From NCBI GenBank assembly GCA_016699045.1, contig CP064957.1, positions 729,784 to 793,783 on the forward strand: a stretch of DNA of 64,000 nucleotides. Direction: 5' to 3'. Of this stretch, positions 33,131 through 42,023 are shown piece by piece. Within the stretch, counting starts at the first letter, position 1. Each line of letters opens with the position of its first letter. This DNA is from a bacterium (GTDB lineage: Bacteria; Babelota; Babeliae; Babelales; RVW-14). Below the pieces are notes generated by a model that was given only the letters and a program-made list of their open reading frames with translations, did not search any database and had not been told where the DNA came from. The position numbers were made by a program, and so were the translations under genes.

Positions 33131-33823
33131 TTATTCTTGCTGTTCACTACAAAACGTTTTGATGATTTTGAAGGCTTCTTCAACCGTGTCGACCACTTGA
33201 ATAATATTGCGATCTTTTGGTGCAATGAGGTTTTCTGCCAATGCCTTTTCTTCAATCCATTGAATAATGTGCTGCCAATAAGAACTGTCAACGAGCACAA
33301 TGGGCGCCTGTTGCATATGATCGGTTTGCATGAGCGTTACTATTTCAAACAATTCATCAAGTGTGCCAAAGCCACCCGGAAATATAACAAATCCGATTGA
33401 GTACCGCACAAGCAACCATTTGCGCGTAAAAAAATGATCCATCACAATATTTTCTTGAACATAAGGATTTGCTTCTTCTTTGTTCAAGCGCAATAAACCA
33501 ATACCAGCAGAAACAATTGGCTTACAACGCGTTCTGTCGTTGACATCACATTCTTGTACAAAATCAAGCGCACCTTCATTTGCTGCTTCCATAATACCGG
33601 GGCCACCGCCCGTAATAATTGAAAAGCCATCAGCAACCAGCATTTTTGCAAGTTGACGTGCTTTTTGAGCATAGATACTATTTACATCAATCCGTGAACC
33701 ACCAAACACGGTAATTGTTGGTTGTGGTAATTTAGTAAGCCGCCACATGCCCCACAAAAGACGAAAATTTATTTGAAATAAACTTTTTAAGAAACGCATA
33801 TAATATTTTAAGCGCTTGAACAT
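33131..33823 (-). CDS. LOG-family (TIGR00730) nucleotide phosphoribohydrolase-like protein
   Basis: ITGGGPGIMEAANEGA and PGGFGTLDELFE motifs. Confidence 0.8.
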   Translation of the reverse strand: MFKRLKYYMRFLKSLFQINFRLLWGMWRLTKLPQPTITVFGGSRIDVNSIYAQKARQLAKMLVADGFSIITGGGPGIMEAANEGALDFVQECDVNDRTRCKPIVSAGIGLLRLNKEEANPYVQENIVMDHFFTRKWLLVRYSIGFVIFPGGFGTLDELFEIVTLMQTDHMQQAPIVLVDSSYWQHIIQWIEEKALAENLIAPKDRNIIQVVDTVEEAFKIIKTFCSEQQE

Positions 33824-33849
33824 ACGACAATCTCCTTACAGAAATTGGG

Positions 33850-34791
33850 TTATTTTTCACCAAGCAAAGCTTTTGCCTTTTCAACAGCGCCATCATCAAT
33901 CACAATTTTTGCGACAGCCTTGCAGAAATTTAACGCTTCTTTGAGTGGCTTTTGAAAAATATTGCGACCAATGGCTATGCCATTTGTCCCACCCGTATGA
34001 ATCTGATGATATAAATCTTCAAGAAAAGCCTTTGGATCTTTTGATGGCCCACCAGCACAAATAACTTTGGTCCGACCGGCAGCATGAGTAGCTTGTACCA
34101 AGCGCTGCGCACTTTCAAAACCGTTGGCAGCATCAGGAGCATTTACTTTGACAAAATCAGCACCAAGTGCCGCACCAACGCCCGCTGCCCCAGCAATCAT
34201 ATTTTCATGCAGCTCATTTTTAACTGCCTTGCCACGCGGATAGCACCACAAAACCGTAACCAACCCATGCCGCTGTGCTTGATAAATAACTTGGGCAGCT
34301 TCGGCCAACATGTCGGCTTCGTAAATGCTGCCAACATAAAGTGTGTAGCCAATGCCGGCAATTGTTAAGCCCGAGTTTTTTTTGAACTCAAGAACATCAT
34401 CAATCGTGCACAACAAACGACTAACCGGATCTCTATCGCTGGTCGGCACGACGTTCGTTTTACCGTTCATTTTTACAATGTAAGAAACATCAGGATAATC
34501 GCTGCCATATTTACTAATCAACCCAAGCTGCGTAGCAAAAGCACCAATACGCCCTTTGCTTGCAATTTCAAATAAATGTTCTGGATTGGCGGCATCTTTA
34601 GCAATACCTTTACCAACAAAATCGTGATTTAAATGCTCGAGCTTTTGGTCTGCCGCAAAAAGAAAAAGTCGCCCAGAGCTGGCAGTCACTCGTAAATAAT
34701 TTTTTTCATATTCTTTGCGCAACGCTTGCGGCACACTCGCCGGAATGTGGACCGATTTTTCTTCAACAATTCTACGTATCGACTTGGCCAT
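33850..34791 (-). CDS. Class I aldolase (DhnA/FbaB, DeoC/LacD superfamily), probable fructose-bisphosphate aldolase
   Basis: 313 aa with GADFVKVN (Schiff-base Lys context) and TIM-barrel aldolase pattern. Substrate not determinable from sequence. Confidence 0.55.
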   Translation of the reverse strand: MAKSIRRIVEEKSVHIPASVPQALRKEYEKNYLRVTASSGRLFLFAADQKLEHLNHDFVGKGIAKDAANPEHLFEIASKGRIGAFATQLGLISKYGSDYPDVSYIVKMNGKTNVVPTSDRDPVSRLLCTIDDVLEFKKNSGLTIAGIGYTLYVGSIYEADMLAEAAQVIYQAQRHGLVTVLWCYPRGKAVKNELHENMIAGAAGVGAALGADFVKVNAPDAANGFESAQRLVQATHAAGRTKVICAGGPSKDPKAFLEDLYHQIHTGGTNGIAIGRNIFQKPLKEALNFCKAVAKIVIDDGAVEKAKALLGEK

Positions 34792-34878
34792 AATCTACAA
34801 CGCTCCTCTTTTTTTAGCATTTTTTTCTAAACTAGCTGCAACGAGCATAGACCATTAAGAAGTCATTCTTAAACGAAT

Positions 34879-35715
34879 CTAAAAATTACCCTGAAAAACA
34901 CAGATTGCTTGAGCCTTTAAAAAAATCTCGTTCTGATCGTTGCACCAACCAAGTACCGTTCCGCCCAGCATACGTATGCGTACTACGCGACCCGCTTCTA
35001 ATAATTTTTGTTTTTTTAAAACAGACAAAACTGCCGCCGCACCAGAGCTACAAGCCTGCGTTATGCCACAGCCACGCTCATGCACCAGCATATGAAAAAG
35101 ATCAGACTCATGAGCATCTGGCCAGACAAACTCAACATTAGTTCCTTCTGGAAACGCTGTATGCCGCTCAATAGTGTGACCATACTGCCCAAGCCAGGCT
35201 GTATCAACTTCTTTCATGACAATAAAATGCGGGTTCCCTACATTAACGCAATTACCAACGAGCGATTCTTTGCCAATTTTTATTGCACAAGTTTCTTGGT
35301 AATCTACTTGTCCAACATGCGTCGTAATCACTATCTCTTCAAGCTTGTCACGCGTACCTTCAACCTGATTATTCATAATGCGCGCCCCAAGCCGCACGTC
35401 GATAACATTACTCAGCCCGTACTGCGTAAATAAATAATGCACCATGCAGCGCAAACCATTTAAACACATCTGCGCTTGCGATCCGTCCGCATTAAAAATA
35501 AGCATCTCGTGCAAATGCCGACTTGGATCTGTTTTTAATACTAAAACACCATCGGCACCAACGCCAGTATGCCGGTTGCACATACTGACAATAAAATCGT
35601 GCCAGCGCTGACTCCCCAGCATACTTTGAATGTACATATCGGGCTTTTTGTACCAATCAAGCACAATGAAATCGTTGCCCAACGATTGATATTTAATAAA
35701 GTTTTTCAGCAACAT
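34879..35715 (-). CDS. dapF: Diaminopimelate epimerase
   Basis: FIKYQSLGNDFIVLD, FNADGSQAQMCLNGLRC, ERGCGITQACSSGAAA (both catalytic Cys contexts). Confidence 0.9.
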   Translation of the reverse strand: MLLKNFIKYQSLGNDFIVLDWYKKPDMYIQSMLGSQRWHDFIVSMCNRHTGVGADGVLVLKTDPSRHLHEMLIFNADGSQAQMCLNGLRCMVHYLFTQYGLSNVIDVRLGARIMNNQVEGTRDKLEEIVITTHVGQVDYQETCAIKIGKESLVGNCVNVGNPHFIVMKEVDTAWLGQYGHTIERHTAFPEGTNVEFVWPDAHESDLFHMLVHERGCGITQACSSGAAAVLSVLKKQKLLEAGRVVRIRMLGGTVLGWCNDQNEIFLKAQAICVFQGNF

Positions 35716-36667
35716 AAGCAGTCGTTTTTTTAGAAATCTCTTCGTTCATAAAAACTTTTTTCAAATAAGAGCGACCAGAGTCTGCCAAGATCACCACAAC
35801 AACATCGTTTTCATCAAGACCTTTGGCATATTCTAACGCAACGTGTAACACCGCCCCGCTGCTGATTCCGACCAACAAGCCATAATCAGTTGCCGCTCGG
35901 CGCGTCATGGCAAAAGCATCTTCATCAGTAATTGGCACAATGGTATCGATCAGTGATTCAACAAAAACATCACTCATCACGTCAATACCCAGTCCCTCAA
36001 CTTTGTACGCTTTGGGCGTTGGCGAAGAATAAAATGACGTTGCCGCATCAACCCCAACAACTTTGACGGCAGGGTTTTGTTCTTTGAGATATTCAGCAAT
36101 GCCACACATAGTACCGCAGGTCCCAGCACCGGCAATAACATGCGTTACCGCACCATTGGTTTGCTGCCAAATTTCAGGCCCGGTTGAGGAGTAGTGCGCT
36201 TTACGATTAAGCGGATTGAAATATTGGTTTGGCATAAATGCGCCCGAAATTTCTTTACATAAAGCCTCCGCTCGGGCATGGTAGCCTCGCGGATCATGGT
36301 GCGAATCGGTATTCGGGCAGACATAAACTTCGGCGCCATAAGCCCGCAATATAGCTACTTTTTCTTCAGCTGTGCGGTCAGGTACGGTAATAATCACACG
36401 ATAGCCCTTGACCGCACCAATCATCGCCAATGCAATTCCTTGATTACCTGACGTCGCTTCAACAATAGTACCACCCGGCCTAAGTTTACCGGTACGCTCA
36501 GCCTCTTCGACCATAAACAAAGCACTGCGGTCTTTGATGCTGCCACCTGGATTTAAAAATTCTAGCTTAGCCAAAACGGTTGGCCGCACGCCAAGATCAA
36601 GTTTAATGAGTGGGGTATTCCCAATCATATCAAGCATACTTTTGTATTTTTTGGTTGTTTCATTCAT
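35693..36667 (-). CDS. cysK: Cysteine synthase / CBS-family PLP-dependent enzyme
   Basis: IGNTPLIKL, NPGGSIKDR (PLP Lys), EATSGNQGIALA. Overlaps the dapF start by 23 nt. Confidence 0.8.
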   Translation of the reverse strand: MNETTKKYKSMLDMIGNTPLIKLDLGVRPTVLAKLEFLNPGGSIKDRSALFMVEEAERTGKLRPGGTIVEATSGNQGIALAMIGAVKGYRVIITVPDRTAEEKVAILRAYGAEVYVCPNTDSHHDPRGYHARAEALCKEISGAFMPNQYFNPLNRKAHYSSTGPEIWQQTNGAVTHVIAGAGTCGTMCGIAEYLKEQNPAVKVVGVDAATSFYSSPTPKAYKVEGLGIDVMSDVFVESLIDTIVPITDEDAFAMTRRAATDYGLLVGISSGAVLHVALEYAKGLDENDVVVVILADSGRSYLKKVFMNEEISKKTTAYVAEKLY

Positions 36668-36857
36668 ATTCTAAATCCTACTTTTTGAACGACCTACAGG
36701 ACTAAAAAAGGTACCGCCTAGTGTAAAACCTTTTTTTAATTCTTACCACCTCGAACTTACACCAGTTGCAATTATGCACAATTAGCGCGATAATTAAATC
36801 CATAACATAATAACGATTGACGGTATCCCTACTGATATAAAAATAAAGAGGTCGCTC

Positions 36858-38285
36858 ATGGCAGATAATATTCGAGTTCGTTTTGCACCATCCCCAACTG
36901 GATTTATGCATTTGGGCAACGTTCGAGCCGCACTCATGAATTATCTTTTTGCCAAAAACCAAGCCGGTACCTTTATTTTACGTATCGAAGATACTGATGA
37001 AAAAAGAAATATTGAAGAAGCTCGCGCAAAAATTTTGAGCGATCTCGAGTGGCTTGGCCTTGAGTTTCAGGAAGGTCCTTACAAAAACGGCCCTTACGCG
37101 CCTTACTTGCAATCGGAACGCGAACATCTTTATCAAGAAAAATTAGCACAACTCATTGAAATGAAAAGAGCATACCGCTGTTTTTGTACCCTTGAAGAAT
37201 TGGAAAACAAACGCGCACGCCATATCGCACTCAAACAACCGCCGCGCTATGACCGCACCTGCTTGCGCCTTACCGAAAATCAAATCCAAGAAAAACTTGC
37301 CACCAATCTGCCATTTATATGGCGCTGCAAAATAGAAGATGGACACACCGCCACCATCGCTGATATGGCAAAAGGCAGCATTTTTTTTGATATGAAAAAT
37401 TTCTCAGACTTTGCACTTACCAGAACTAACGGTTCTTCAACATTTATGTTTGCCAATTTTGTTGATGACTGGCTTATGGAAATTACGCACGTCATTCGTG
37501 GCGAAGATCATTTGACCAATACCGCCATGCAAGCAGAACTTTATCATACTTTCTCTGTTCCATTGCCAATATTTTGGCATTTGCCAATTATTTGCAACAA
37601 CAAGGGAGAAAAGCTTTCTAAACGCGATTTCGGATTCAGCCTTGAAGATCTCAAAACTGCCGGTTTTTTGCCAGCTGCCATTGTTAATTATTTGGCAATC
37701 ATTGGCGCATCATTTAAAGAAGAAATTCAATCACTTGAAGAATTAGTTACCAATTTTGATTTCTCACATATACACAGCAGCAGCTCAATTAAATACGATC
37801 TTGAAAAATTAACATGGATCAATCATCAATGGATTGCTCGTTCTAATTCTTATGAAATGCTTGAACAATTAAAAAGCTTACTGCACAAAGATATTCCAAC
37901 AAGCATGCAAACGGATGCTCAAGAACTTGAAAAATTAATAACATTGTTGAAGCCAGAATTAAAAACATTGAACGATATTGTACCGCTCGCTGCTTTTTAT
38001 TTTGACACGCCCGTCATTCACAAAGAAGATCTTGTGGCACATGTGGGCGCAGAAAAAACAGAACACATTTTGCACAGCATTGCAGAGTGCAAACAATTTT
38101 TACCTAATATCGAACTATTCCTTGAACACCTAAAAACACTTTGTAAAAAACACGAAATCAGCATGAAAGAACTCTTTGGTTCATTACGATACTTGCTGAC
38201 TGGTCAATTCCAAGGCATTGGCATTAAAGATCTTCTTACAATACTGCAGCCTGCTATTATTGAACAACGTTTATCTATGAATTAA
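36858..38285 (+). CDS. gltX: Glutamyl-tRNA synthetase
   Basis: RVRFAPSPTGFMHLGNVRAAL (HIGH-type) and KLSKR motifs, 475 aa. Discriminating versus non-discriminating type not determinable. Confidence 0.93.
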   Translation: MADNIRVRFAPSPTGFMHLGNVRAALMNYLFAKNQAGTFILRIEDTDEKRNIEEARAKILSDLEWLGLEFQEGPYKNGPYAPYLQSEREHLYQEKLAQLIEMKRAYRCFCTLEELENKRARHIALKQPPRYDRTCLRLTENQIQEKLATNLPFIWRCKIEDGHTATIADMAKGSIFFDMKNFSDFALTRTNGSSTFMFANFVDDWLMEITHVIRGEDHLTNTAMQAELYHTFSVPLPIFWHLPIICNNKGEKLSKRDFGFSLEDLKTAGFLPAAIVNYLAIIGASFKEEIQSLEELVTNFDFSHIHSSSSIKYDLEKLTWINHQWIARSNSYEMLEQLKSLLHKDIPTSMQTDAQELEKLITLLKPELKTLNDIVPLAAFYFDTPVIHKEDLVAHVGAEKTEHILHSIAECKQFLPNIELFLEHLKTLCKKHEISMKELFGSLRYLLTGQFQGIGIKDLLTILQPAIIEQRLSMN

Positions 38286-38536
38286 CTAATGGCAAGATCA
38301 TCCTCTTTGATCCTATTTGGCTTTTCTTCACATGAAAGAATAGCCCCTTTTTCCATTAAACAATCAATAACGTAAAGAAATTGTTCCTCTTGGCTGTCAG
38401 GAACAAAGAACTCGATAACATTGCGGCGACCCTCAAGGGCACGCGCAAAAGCAACGTTATCTTCATTGCGGAAAACACCTATGACCAACCATGTCTTCTC
38501 TTTTAGTACTTGCGCTTGATAGTATTTGCAATACAT
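38282..38536 (-). CDS. Hypothetical 84-aa protein
   Basis: ORF with ATG start. Its stop overlaps the gltX stop by 4 nt (convergent). No family recognised. Confidence 0.4.
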   Translation of the reverse strand: MYCKYYQAQVLKEKTWLVIGVFRNEDNVAFARALEGRRNVIEFFVPDSQEEQFLYVIDCLMEKGAILSCEEKPNRIKEDDLAIS

Positions 38537-38630
38537 GATTTCATACCCCCACGGCTAAAAAGGCCCTTGTTTCCGATCCTTGTTATGTCTTAGTTTAGGG
38601 GGGATCGCCCCAATTGTAAAAAACTTAAAA

Positions 38631-38665
38631 AAAATGCCTCACTTTTCCTGTAAGTGAGGCATTTT
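38631..38665 (-). terminator. Rho-independent terminator after the acidic-protein gene
   Basis: Perfect 14-bp stem AAAATGCCTCACTT / AAGTGAGGCATTTT with a 7-nt loop. On the minus strand it is followed by a T-run (A-run at ~38623-38630 on plus). Confidence 0.8.
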
Positions 38666-38698
38666 TACTTTATAACTTTTTAAAAAGAACTTAAAACT

Positions 38699-39433
38699 TT
38701 ACGCTTCAGCGCCACCCTCTTCAACCACTTCCTCTTCTTCGCCCTCTTGAGCGGGCTCTTCTGCTTGATTGGCGACAACTTGCTCTGCTGGTTCTTCTTC
38801 AGTCAATTCTTCTTCTACAGCTGGCTCTTGAGCTTCAGCAATTTCTGGACTTGCTTCTTCTTGCTGCTCTGCACCTTCGCTTACATCAACCGTTTCTTCT
38901 TGAGCAACTGACTCTTCTGCCACTTCAGCTTCTGCTACATCTTCTTCGAACTCTTCTTCAACTTCTTCAGCGACTGCCGCTGCTGGTTGAGCAACAACAG
39001 GCATGACTGCCGGCGCAACCACTTGCTTGGCAGGTGCAGAAACAACAGTCTTAGCAACAACCGGCATAGCGGCAGCTACAGCTTTTGCTGGCTTAGCCGC
39101 TGCTGGTTTTACAACAGAAGCGACCACAGGTTTTGCGACGGGTGCTGCAACAACAGAAGTATTCGCTTGTTTCAATTTTGCTGGATATAACTCACCAAAA
39201 CGTTTTAATGCAGCAGTTGCATCTTGATAATATCGCGCCAACGTACTCCAGTCTGTCCATTCTACAACAGCCAAAAATCTTAGTAACTCATCTTTTGAAT
39301 CTTTGACGTGCTCGACAACGCCTTGACCAATCTCATTTGGTTGCTGGCTCGATAAGTCTCGAACATCAGTACCGTAACACTGAAAACCCGTCACTAAAAA
39401 TAAATAAAAAAAACTCGCAACACGAATCTTCAT
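38699..39433 (-). CDS. Secreted low-complexity protein (Ala/Val/Pro/Lys-rich middle, Glu-rich tail)
   Basis: Signal peptide MKIRVASFFYLFLVTGFQCYG, a folded-looking ~90-aa N-domain, then AKPV/VAAP-type repeats and an EEVEEEFEEDVAEAE... tail. Confidence 0.6.
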   Translation of the reverse strand: MKIRVASFFYLFLVTGFQCYGTDVRDLSSQQPNEIGQGVVEHVKDSKDELLRFLAVVEWTDWSTLARYYQDATAALKRFGELYPAKLKQANTSVVAAPVAKPVVASVVKPAAAKPAKAVAAAMPVVAKTVVSAPAKQVVAPAVMPVVAQPAAAVAEEVEEEFEEDVAEAEVAEESVAQEETVDVSEGAEQQEEASPEIAEAQEPAVEEELTEEEPAEQVVANQAEEPAQEGEEEEVVEEGGAEA

Positions 39434-39676
39434 TCTTACTCCTTTTCCTCAAATTACACAGCCTACAACCTTAACATCTCAAGCTAGTATAAAATCCTTC
39501 CTGTCGTCAATAAAACAACTGTTTTTCCTACCTAATTAACAACGGAAAAGGGTTTTTTATTTCAAAACCATTGTGCAAACATATCATGAGTGCTAGATTG
39601 AAAAAATCAAAAATTAATTTGCACGAATATTGCATTGTCAATTTTTTGATAAAAAAAAAGGGAGAAAAAAAAGAAA

Positions 39677-41956
39677 ATGAAGAATTACTTTAGTAAGATC
39701 TTTTGCATTGCTTTATTAATAACAATCATCATTCCAAAAAATATTTTTTGTATTCTTGATTTTGCCAATCGCGACACTAACTTAATCATTAATCCTACTG
39801 CCGGAACTTCGCGCATAATGTTAGGCAGTCTTACCGGAATAACCGGCTGGACACAAGACTCAATTATTGTTTCTTATGGCAACAACGCCCCTTCCGCATG
39901 GACAGAAACATATACCGCTGGTGTTCAAATTGGTACTGGTCGACGCAAGGCACCAAGTAACATGATTTACAACAATAGTAATGCCATCGTAAGTCTTCAA
40001 AGATTCGTAAGAACTGACAGTAACGCCATGACGTACCTTGTCCGTATCAACAGTAACGCCATCAACGGCCTTTACCCACTTGTTAAGCAAAATAGTAACA
40101 CTATCAGACGCTATTCTACTCTCGTTAAACAAAACAGTAATGCGATGAATTCTCTTAGTCTCTCAACACTTGCCACCCTTTTGAGAACGACCAGTAATTT
40201 AATTAGTGTCATCACGCCGCTTGTAAAACAAAATAGTAATGCTATCAATGCACTTAATCTCACAACACTTACAACACTTGTAAGAAATTCAAGTAACTTA
40301 ATCAATGTTTTAACGCCACTCGTTAAACAAAACAGTAGTACCATCAATCATTACTCAATACTCGTTAAACAAAATAGTAATGCCCTTGTAAGCTTGAAAG
40401 ACCTTGGAAGAAACACCAGCAATGCACTTGTCAGTCTTCAAACATTTGTGAGAACCGATAGTAATGCCCTGACAAATCTCCTAGTACTGGTCAGAACAAC
40501 TAGCAACACAATAAACTCATCTGATTCTACTCTTGCGCCACTTCTCAGGCAAACCAGTAATTTAATTAATGTTATCACGCCACTCGTCAAACAAAATAGT
40601 AATGCCATTGTAAACTTGAAAAACTTTGTAAGAACTACAAGCAATGCTCTCGTCAACCTTGAAACATTCGTAAGAACTGATAGTAATGCGCTAACCAATC
40701 TTGCTACGCTTGTCAGAACAAGCAGTAATGCATTTATTTACAACACCAGAACCACCAGCAACGCTTTACTCAGTCTTCAAACATTTGTCAGAACTGATAG
40801 TAACGCCATAACAAATCTCTTGGTACTCGTCAGAACAACTAGCAACACAATAAACTCATCTGACTCTACTCTTGCACCACTTCTCAGACAAACCAGTAAC
40901 TTAATCAACGTTTTAACGCCACTTGTCAAACAAAATAGTAATGCCATCAATCGCGCTTGCCCACTTATTAAACAAAATAGTAATGCTATTGTTGCTCTTG
41001 AACGGTTAGCTCATATCTTCCTGAACAATTCAAACTTTGTAGCCACAACTACTATCTGCGCTCTCAATTACTATAAAGCTGGATTCACTGTTGCCGCTGG
41101 CAAAACCCTGATACTAAACGATCCTCTACCAATAAGCGGTAAAATTAATCTGAACAATACCGGCATACTATCATTTGGTAGCGATGTCTATTTTGGTGCA
41201 AATGTTTATTTTACCAACGGCGGTTTACTGCAAGGCAATGGTCATTCCTTAATTTTAACTGGGAGTTTAACTATCCCTGCAAATAAAACTGTTCGCATTG
41301 ATAGCAATACTATTATCGATGGTCAAGGTAATGATATTTTTCTTGATAACAATGCAAAATTTGCCGTTTCAGCAGGCGTCACGTTTACACTCAGAAACGT
41401 TAAACTTAAAAATTTGTCAGGCATCCAAATAGATCTAGAAGGAGCAGGCACAGCGGCGCTTGCGCTTGCAGATTCAGCTATTTTCCTTGATCACAATTTC
41501 CATTTTGCCGATGGAAAATTATTTGTTCATGAAGATGTTCATATCTGCGGTACCAACAAGTTTATATACGAATCATTATACCCATTGTATATAACTTCAA
41601 ACTCAGCACTCATTTGTAATCCGGCTTCAACGTTCAGATATATTCCTGGCGGCGGTACGAGCAGCACAGACCGAACATTGATGCGTTTTGCTGACACTAC
41701 ATCATTCTTTTATCTTGATCAGGCAACATTTGAAGCCCCTGTAAACGGCGTACAAATTTTAAGAGGCACTATGGCTTTTGATAACAAATGTACCATCATC
41801 AATTTGTTAGCTGATGGTGTAACACCAAACATCACACGCACCAACGCCGTAACGATTGGCGATGGCACAACAAGTGACAATGATGCCACCTTGCATGTCT
41901 TCAGCGGCGCCCACCTTGAAGTACAGGGTTACTTGGATTACAATAACGCAAACTAG
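39677..41956 (+). CDS. Secreted repeat protein: ~25 x 14-residue SN-repeats followed by a beta-helix-like C-terminal domain
   Basis: 759 aa with an N-terminal hydrophobic signal/anchor. Residues ~101-447 are SNAxxxLxxxVRTx / LVKQNSNAI units. The C-terminus is rich in short G/N/T-containing strands (LILTGSLTIPANKTVRIDSNTIIDGQGNDIFLDNN...). Confidence 0.7.
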   Translation: MKNYFSKIFCIALLITIIIPKNIFCILDFANRDTNLIINPTAGTSRIMLGSLTGITGWTQDSIIVSYGNNAPSAWTETYTAGVQIGTGRRKAPSNMIYNNSNAIVSLQRFVRTDSNAMTYLVRINSNAINGLYPLVKQNSNTIRRYSTLVKQNSNAMNSLSLSTLATLLRTTSNLISVITPLVKQNSNAINALNLTTLTTLVRNSSNLINVLTPLVKQNSSTINHYSILVKQNSNALVSLKDLGRNTSNALVSLQTFVRTDSNALTNLLVLVRTTSNTINSSDSTLAPLLRQTSNLINVITPLVKQNSNAIVNLKNFVRTTSNALVNLETFVRTDSNALTNLATLVRTSSNAFIYNTRTTSNALLSLQTFVRTDSNAITNLLVLVRTTSNTINSSDSTLAPLLRQTSNLINVLTPLVKQNSNAINRACPLIKQNSNAIVALERLAHIFLNNSNFVATTTICALNYYKAGFTVAAGKTLILNDPLPISGKINLNNTGILSFGSDVYFGANVYFTNGGLLQGNGHSLILTGSLTIPANKTVRIDSNTIIDGQGNDIFLDNNAKFAVSAGVTFTLRNVKLKNLSGIQIDLEGAGTAALALADSAIFLDHNFHFADGKLFVHEDVHICGTNKFIYESLYPLYITSNSALICNPASTFRYIPGGGTSSTDRTLMRFADTTSFFYLDQATFEAPVNGVQILRGTMAFDNKCTIINLLADGVTPNITRTNAVTIGDGTTSDNDATLHVFSGAHLEVQGYLDYNNAN
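39977..41020 (+). repeat. Intragenic tandem 42-bp (14-codon) repeat array, including a ~195-bp duplication (40414-40608 / 40753-40947)
   Basis: Repeated ...caaaatagtaatgc... / ...agaac[ta]gatagtaa[tc]gcc... units. The two 195-bp segments align at an offset of 339 bp with only scattered mismatches. Confidence 0.85.
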
Positions 41957-41966
41957 TACAACAAAA

Positions 41967-41989
41967 GCCCGCAGTAATTCACTGCGGGC
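41967..41989. terminator. Bidirectional terminator hairpin between convergent genes
   Basis: GCCCGCAGT (41967-41975) / ACTGCGGGC (41981-41989) with loop AATTC. Flanked by an A-run upstream and T-rich sequence downstream. Lies between the repeat-protein gene (+) and eno (-). Confidence 0.75.
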
Positions 41990-42023
41990 CTTTAATTTAA
42001 AAAATACAATGCTATGAAAACAC

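Noticed and set aside
33128-33400. 90-aa plus-strand ORF downstream of secretin 2
   Set aside because: It lies completely antisense to the LOG-family gene, which has clear conserved motifs. The translation looks like frame noise.
36702-36962. 86-aa minus-strand ORF overlapping the gltX start and promoter region
   Set aside because: It overlaps the well-supported gltX N-terminus (HIGH motif region) on the opposite strand and has no supporting features.
38987-39227. Plus-strand ORFs antisense to the Ala/Val/Pro-rich gene
   Set aside because: They arise from low-complexity GC-richer repeats that are open in several frames. The minus-strand ORF has the signal peptide, start context and terminator.
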